Below are positions 57,254 to 64,000 of a stretch of 64,000 nucleotides of DNA, piece after piece. Origin of the DNA: Hormiphora californensis (lineage: Eukaryota > Animalia > Ctenophora); NCBI GenBank assembly GCA_020137815.1, contig CM035355.1, positions 5,828,001 through 5,892,000 on the forward strand, in the 5' to 3' direction. A program made the translations under genes and the position numbers. Each line of letters opens with the position of its first letter. The stretch's first letter is position 1. Below the pieces are notes generated by a model that saw only the letters and a program-made list of their open reading frames with translations, did no database searches and was not told the DNA's origin.

Positions 57254-57691
57254 GGGAGGAGATTAGGGCTCGACGTTGTTGGGTAAAAAGTTGAACAAAT
57301 GATTGATATATGTGCGATTTACGTTACAACATTATACAGAGAGCAGGGGAGACTGAGAGAGAGAGCGCTCCGGCTACGTCACGCAGTAACGGACCAATCA
57401 GAGACGAGAGATAGAAGATGTGGAGAGAGAGAGCCGCGCCGCGTGGCTCTATAATAATCCACTCTCTCTCCAGCTGACAGGGGGGGTTGAAAGTGTGCGG
57501 TGATTAGGAGGTGAACCCAACACTAGAGATGATTTAGTTTTGTGAAATATTGTAACAATAACAATTTACATATGTAACAGTTTTGTACAAAACACTGCAC
57601 GTTTCAAAACATTTGTGACAGTGAGATTGTTTGATTGGACAATATTGCGATCACGTGACATCGTCACACGTGATTCTTCTAGCTTTCTTAA

Positions 57692-57809
<118 letters not shown>

Positions 57810-58005
57810 TCCCTCTCTCTCCCTCTCTCTCTCACTCTTTCTCCCATATGTAGCAGCCTGAGCTCGGTTCAAAGCTCGAACTCGGAGGCGTGAGGACCTC
57901 GACACATTTCACTTTCCCATATAATAATAGTGTGTGTGGGCTCATCATCATCTCTCTCCCTCTCTCTCTCTCTCCTTCTTTCTTTTCTTCTCCGACTCTC
58001 TCACT

Positions 58006-61000
58006 CTAGAACTCGTCCCGGTTGCTACGTTGTGCTGCTGCTGCACCTCCCCCCGGTGCCACTTTTATCACAAAAGGAGAGGAGGGTGCCGGGTGGATTG
58101 GCCGGGTGAACCGGGGTACAAACTTAACAGCCGGCTGATCATCTTCTACCCTGCGAGTATTAGTAATCCTCAGCACAGCTCTCTCCGGACTGAGATGTCG
58201 AGCTATGGCAGGAGGGGAGATGAGATCAGGGTGGGGAGGGGAGGGTGGAGCGGCGGGAGGAGGAGCAGGCTTCTCAAAAAACATTCTCTCATCGGGCCAG
58301 ATTATCTTCCCTGGTTTGGTAGGTTCATCATCGGGTGATGAAATGATGATAAGATCGGGATTATCAGATCCTGATGATGTGATTGAGGTGGCGGAGATAT
58401 TAAGAGTTCCTTTCTGCCCGCTGGGAATACGATCACGATCCAAGTCGTCCCCTGGAGTCATATCAGTGGTTTCTGGAGTCATGCTGGTGGTTCCTGGGGT
58501 CATATCAGTGGTTTCTGGAGCCATGCTGGTGGTTCCTGGAGTCATATCAGTGGTTTCTGGAGTTAGGGCCATATCGGGTGGTGTGGTATTGTATTGGCAA
58601 GGTGGTGTGTCAGTAATCTGGGGAGGGGATCTATTATTATCAGGTGATACAAGAGACATATCTTCAATGTTATAATTTGTAGTCCCCAACAAGTTATCTG
58701 GAGTGTTGTTGGATTTAGCACGAGAGTGATTTGGAGATTGGGGCATCTGATCGGTAGATGAGCGAGATTGGGAGTTAGGAGGTGAGAATGAGGTTCTAAC
58801 ATTGTCTCCTCCAGGTGAAGATGGTTTTATCACGGGTTCTGGGGCATGTCTCACTACACCACCCGAGCCATGGATCTCTTTCACAGGTGCTATAGTAGCA
58901 GGCGATGGCTTGTTGCCTGTTGAAGGTTTGTTTCTTCGTCTCAGGACGTCCTCCAGAACAGCACGAACCCGATCAGAACTCTTCATTTTACCCTCCTGTT
59001 GAGGCTTGTTGGTGATGTCTGGAACCCCCTCAGATATTGATCCGGGGTTCATCAACTTTGTAGTATCCATAGTTACTGATTTAGTGACAGGATTTGTTTC
59101 TCTCGTGGTGGTGGCGGTTTGAACTTCCTGACTTTCTGAAGGAATCCGATTCCTAACTGGGGGTGTAACTGAGGGTGTAACTGATGGGCCGGTAATGGAT
59201 TTGATAGTTCCGGTAGGTGATGTTTGGCGAACAGCAGGGACGGTTACAGTGGTAACCGATCTCATGGCGGGAGTTGTGGTTTGCATAGCAACGGGAGTTG
59301 TGGTTTGCATAGCAACGGGAGTTGTGGTTTGCATAGCAACGGGAGTTATAGATCGCATAGCAACGGGAGTTATAGATCGCTTAGTATTGGGAGTTATGGA
59401 TCGCTTAGTATCGGGAGTTATGGATCGCTTAGCAACGGGAGTTATGGATCGCTTAGCAACGGGAGTTGTGGATCGCTTAGCAATGGGAGTTGTGGATCGC
59501 TTAGCAACGGGAGTTATGGATCGCTGAGTAACGGGAGCAGGTGAAATGGACCTCTTAGCCTCACCGGAAATACATCTCAATCGGTCTTGTTGTGACAGTC
59601 TGGTCACAGTGGTGATTCTGGTACCGCTTCCTTCCCTACTCCTAATCTGGTCTGCAGAAGAGTGGTGGGATCCTGGAGATGGGGAGTGGGAGGAGTGGGA
59701 TCCTGGGGAGTGGTGGTGTATATTTGGTCCACCTGAAAGATGCCTAATTCGGGGATTAACCGGAACCACCCTGGAAGAAACAGCAGTTTGAGCGGACACC
59801 ACAAATGTCGAACTCAAAGTGCCCTCTTCTCGCATCACAGCGGAGGATGGTTGGGTGATGGTTGGAAGATTCTCCGGGGAGATAAGATCATTATCTACCA
59901 TTGGTCGGTCGGAATAGCTCAGACTGGAAACATCAGGATTTGACCTTTGACTATGACTCTTATTTCCTGTTTTGAGGTTGGTGTTGCCCTTGAAATATCG
60001 ACTACAGATATCTTTAACTTTGGCCCTCTTTTCCTCATTAGAAGTTTCCCTCTTTCGATCACCACTTTCACTAAACTCCACATCATTCATGATTTCCGAC
60101 TTTGATATTTTCTCACGAGACACATCATCCTCCTCCAATCCTGATACAGCACGAGAAACAATGCCCTCCTCAAGTCCTGATGTAGGAGGAGAAACAACAT
60201 CTAACCCTGATACAGGATAAGATACAACATCCAACCCAGATATTATCTGAGTACAAGATCCACCCTCTTGGGGGCTGCATGCCGTTATCTCGCACTCACT
60301 AGCAACTGACATGACATGATAAGTCACGTGCCCAATCGTCTCACCCTCATACTCTGTTTGGATACCTTTACTCTCCGTATCGTTATCATCCGTCTGTGCA
60401 CTTCTACTCTCCTTCTTCTCCTTCCCTCCCTCACCACCAATATTAACCTGCCTCAGCGCTGAAACCAAAATGGTGCTGAGAGGGTGACGCTTGGAGTAAC
60501 CATGGTCGCTGTCAATAGAGAGGACAAGTTTAACTAACCCTCCGGGTCCTGATACCACGTTTTGTTGGGTCTCTCCCGGTGGTGTTTGTGTGTCAGCATC
60601 TCGAAGAAGAACTCTTTGGATTAGAGGTGTTGCTGGGGCACTGGGAACAGCAGCAGGAGGTGGAGTGGAAGGAGGATGAGGAACAGCGGAGGTGGACCTA
60701 CTGCGGGGAGAAGAGTAGGAGCTGGACTTGCCGTGACCACCCTCGCTGGACCTACCGTGGCCACCCTCCTCAGAGAGGTTGCTAAGGTTGTGGTTACTAT
60801 GGATACTATGGTTACTATGGTTACTAATGTTGTGGTGGTCAATCATGCCCGTTGTAGAGAACAGATCTCGGCAACTCTCGTTCAAACTGTCATTAAGAAG
60901 GGTCTCATTGATTATTTTGGTAGAATTAGGAGGAGGTGGAGGGGCGTCAAAGAGAGGTTCCTGAGGATCACCAAACATACCAATTGGGTCGTTTCCAAAA

Positions 61001-63076
61001 TTGGATTCACTAAACTCCCCATCTCTCCCACTAATATCCTCGTCGTGGTTTGCTGTCATGGTATCCTGAGAGACTCGTCTTGACTGTGCGATACAAGATG
61101 AGAATTGCTGTTGCTGACCCTCCCTAAACATGCTGTGGTTTGTATGGGGTGTCACAGCTTCTGCCCGGGATCGCTTCGAGAACAACAACTCAGATATATC
61201 TGATGAGGATCGCTTTACAGAGCTAACCCCGAGATGTGGCACTGCCGGTGTCTTGAGGAACGATTTTGTGAATGATGTGTTGAGGTTGGTACTGCTTGTA
61301 TTGTGATGTGAGGGTGTGTTGTCTCCCTCACCTCCACCACCAAATAGAGCATCAACGGGATTGTGGTCAGGAAGGGCTGGTGGTGGTACTGTCGTCCGGG
61401 CCCACGATGGAACCTGACATGAAGTTTCATATAAAACATCAAGACTGAAGGCCAATGTAAAACATCGAGACTGAAGAGTGAAGAAATAAAAGCGAATTTT
61501 GGTGGGTTTAACTCACGTTTTGGGGTCCTCTCAGTACATTATCTAGTACTTCTTTTGGGTTGCGACCTGGAAGAGATGTCACAGTGTTACAGATGTCACA
61601 GTGAGCTGTTGTCAATTGAAGGTCATCTTTTGGGGTACACGACCCGGGTATGACCTGAGGTCATTGACCTCCCTTGGTGGGGCTAACTTGTGCGGAAGGT
61701 GTTGAACATAATTCTACCTTCATGTGACCCATATTGAGCTGGACAACCAAACAATTATAGCATGAGACCAGTTGGAAATATATAAGAAGGTTCTTGTCTG
61801 TTCGGAAAGCCCTAAAATTAGCAGATTATAGAATCATAGGTGCAAGAACCTGTAGCAAAGTGGGCTAACATCGTGCGCGCAGGTTCAAATGCTCAGATGA
61901 AAGTGCTCGAAGAGACGCTTGTGACATGAAAATGTCACGGCGCGTTACATGCAACCTACAATATATTCGCCACCGGTTTGCAAAAGTGGCAAAAACTGGG
62001 GTGGGGAAGGGCAAGCCACATCTCCTTTTAAGTGATAAAACGGTATCAGAACTCACCAATGGCATTGGATTGTTGTGGAGGGGACATGTTAACAAACTGG
62101 TGTCGTATTCCACCCGCGTTACTCCCCTTTTGTTGTTCAGGCTTGGGTGGCAACACTCCTGGGAATTGGGATGAGAGATCAACAACTTTTGAGAAGACTG
62201 AATGTTCAAAGATTTGAGAGACAGTTTTCCCGCGAGGGTTGAACTGTTCGTACTGTCTCCGCGATTTCAACAAAAGAAACATGGGACGAACTGAACTCCA
62301 GGGAGCATGCGAGGTTTCCAAACAAATGTCAGCAGGATATAACACTGTTATCCTACTGACATTTGTAGTTAACTGTTATCATAGCAGTAATACTCACTTT
62401 GAGAATTGCGAGGATTACTGTTGGCTGCAGATACCGTTCTCATTGAAACAATATCAAGACTCTGGCGCCGTCCCATTAACTGGATATCACGGGAGCGGTT
62501 CCTTTCGAAAAACTCCTGGTTTTGGATTAGGGTGGGTAAAAGAATGGAACATTAGAATAGTTGAATCAATAAGTTGACCAATCGGCTGTTTTTGAGTCGC
62601 ATAGTTTTGATACAATGAAATAGTGTTTATTTAGGACTGTAGACGACTCGGAGATTTATTTCAGGAAAGATAATACGGGACGGTTTCGACGTTTAACGTC
62701 ATCATCAGCTCAAATTAATTTGTTTAAAGTAGTGTTGAAAAGTTTCAAACTTTTCAACACTACTTTAAACAAATTAATTTGAGCTGATGATGACGTTAAA
62801 CGTCGAAACCGTCCCGTATTATCTTTCCTGAAATAAATCTCCGAGTCGTCTACAGTCCTAAATAAACACTATTTCATTGTATTAGAATAGTTAGGAGCCA
62901 GGTTTAGTGATGGAGCGAATCCCACACTTGGGCAAATCGAGTGGATTATTAGGACCGAAACTAGAATTAGAACTAGGATAATTTTGCTACTTAATAATCA
63001 GAATTAATATTACCTTTCTCCTCTTCCCTTCCTCGCTGTCTTTCATCCTATTCCTTGCTCCTCCCATCCAATTCAT
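58006..63076 (-). CDS. REDIC1: REDIC1/C12orf40 (DUF4552)-like protein, 5 exons, about 1330 aa with a long S/T/P-rich tail
   Basis: MNWMGGARNRMKDSEEGKRRK|EFFERNR...SLDIVSM matches the MNWxGGxRxR...KEfFEK...SLDll signature (from memory); phase-consistent exons lead into the 1149-aa ORF. Confidence 0.75.
59270..59560 (-). repeat. 24-bp coding tandem repeat (KRSITPVA-type, about 11 units)
   Basis: Seen in DNA and protein; a second 21/42-bp repeat at about 58450-58570. Confidence 0.9.
62741..62783 (+). other. Ctenophore spliced-leader exon sequence (retro-copied, not an SL RNA gene); mirrored on the minus strand
   Basis: AGTTTCAAACTTTTCAACACTACTTTAAACAAATTAATTTGAG matches the Pleurobrachia/Hormiphora SL as recalled; followed by CTG rather than a GT donor. 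Confidence 0.88.
62784..62819 (+). ncRNA. Minimal type-I hammerhead ribozyme core (mirror copy at 62673-62708, minus strand)
   Basis: CUGAUGA-U-stem II (GACGU uaa ACGUC)-GAAAC-C-GUC; 5' strand of stem I absent. Confidence 0.7.
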
Positions 63077-63303
63077 GGCTTCAATTATTATAACACCAGG
63101 GTTAAAACTATAAACTTGATTAATAGTGGGTTTGTTCTTATCAAATTTATGTGTCCGTTCTCAGTTCTGACGTTTATCACACATATATCACAGTCTAACG
63201 AATTAACCACCTGTACAGTATTGTTTGAATATTTAAAAGAAAGAGAGAGTCTGGGCGAGCCTCCAGAGATTTCGACTATTCCAGTCATATTATATGTCAC
63301 AAA

Positions 63304-64000
63304 ATGTTCACTATTCTTCTTTTTGTTTCAAGTCTAACAGCTGTTACTGCCAATGTTCAACAATTCGAATGGGAGCCCTGGGGCAAGACAGACTGCAGTT
63401 TCGAACTGGATCTCATCAACAGTCTTAACACAGTGAGTCAGGAGCAGAAGGAAAACTACCGAACAACTCTGACTGAGATTCGACAAAGTAACAAGTTTAC
63501 ATTTGCCAACAGTACACAACTTCTTCGTTACCCAAAATCTGGATTCCTCTTCGAGGTGTTCTGGATACGAACAGAGAAGGGCAGGTTTGATCTACTTGAG
63601 ACCTGTGAGAGGTTTATCAATAGTCTACCCAAGCACGATCCGGATCTTTACTGCCTTACAAATAAGTCGGAGGACGATGTGCTGAGTGTGTGCATGATGC
63701 CCAGCCGGAACTGGCGAGATGATTGTGAGGAATTCTCTTTCAAGAATATTTACAAGGAAGGAGAAGGGAGTAAGGCACTGGAAAATCTGGCTAGGGCCAA
63801 GATAAGAAATGGCTTTAAGGAAGGAACGTGGATTGGTAAAATGATGCACATTTTCAGGATGCAGAAACTCCGTAACAAATGGTGGTATTTTCAAACATGT
63901 TCCGGTATAGGCAGCACCGACCGAATGTTCTCCAAATGTACTAATTTCTCAAAAAATGTCACCAGAAACTTCAAAACGGGGAAGCAGCTCCATGGCCATC
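63304..64000 (+). CDS. Putative secreted glycoprotein of unknown family, open to the window end (at least 232 codons)
   Basis: Stop-free frame MFTILLFVSSLTAVTA|NVQQFEWEPWGKTDC...; signal-peptide-like start; NST, NKS, NFS and NVT sequons; 7 Cys; missing from the ORF track because it has no stop. Confidence 0.75.
   Translation, partial: MFTILLFVSSLTAVTANVQQFEWEPWGKTDCSFELDLINSLNTVSQEQKENYRTTLTEIRQSNKFTFANSTQLLRYPKSGFLFEVFWIRTEKGRFDLLETCERFINSLPKHDPDLYCLTNKSEDDVLSVCMMPSRNWRDDCEEFSFKNIYKEGEGSKALENLARAKIRNGFKEGTWIGKMMHIFRMQKLRNKWWYFQTCSGIGSTDRMFSKCTNFSKNVTRNFKTGKQLHGH

Larger units (their letters stand above)
62563..62880. mobile_element. Palindromic Penelope-like pLTR retro-insertion carrying spliced leader plus hammerhead core
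   Basis: 12-bp TSD ATTAGAATAGTT (62551-62562, 62881-62892); perfect 136-bp arms about 62746; extra 47-bp tail on the left arm. Confidence 0.8.

Noticed and set aside
61720-61960. Extra REDIC1-like exons
   Set aside because: Candidate exons contain stops in the required phase; the flanking exons join in frame without them.
62741-62850. SL RNA gene
   Set aside because: The SL exon is followed by CTG rather than a GT donor, no Sm-site-bearing intron part is evident, and the unit is bounded by a TSD.

Overview
Gene-dense, intron-containing animal genomic DNA, very probably a cydippid ctenophore (Pleurobrachia/Hormiphora-type). The basis is a 43-nt stretch at 62741-62783 that matches, from memory, the ctenophore trans-spliced leader (SL), plus short introns and long (AG)n tracts. 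Minus-strand genes: SLBP, cyclin C, a matrin-type zinc-finger protein, CYB5R4, an ADAR with four dsRBMs, UVRAG, COQ4, a securin-like protein, a HIF/SIM-class bHLH-PAS factor and a REDIC1/C12orf40-like protein. Plus-strand genes: a SPATA1_C-like coiled-coil protein and an orphan secreted protein that runs off the window. Introns and spacers hold a 5'-truncated RTE LINE, a non-autonomous Helitron, many MITE families (some nested, two 1-1.3 kb palindromes) and 21-77 bp micro-elements with TSDs. The most striking object is a 318-bp insertion with a 12-bp TSD (62563-62880). It is a perfect 136-bp-arm palindrome in which the SL is fused directly to a hammerhead-ribozyme core, and the two arms join at a palindrome inside the SL. 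It looks like a retro-copy of a trans-spliced Penelope-like pLTR RNA. Several conserved genes show +1 frameshifts that look like assembly errors. All exon models were built by eye; no searches were run.
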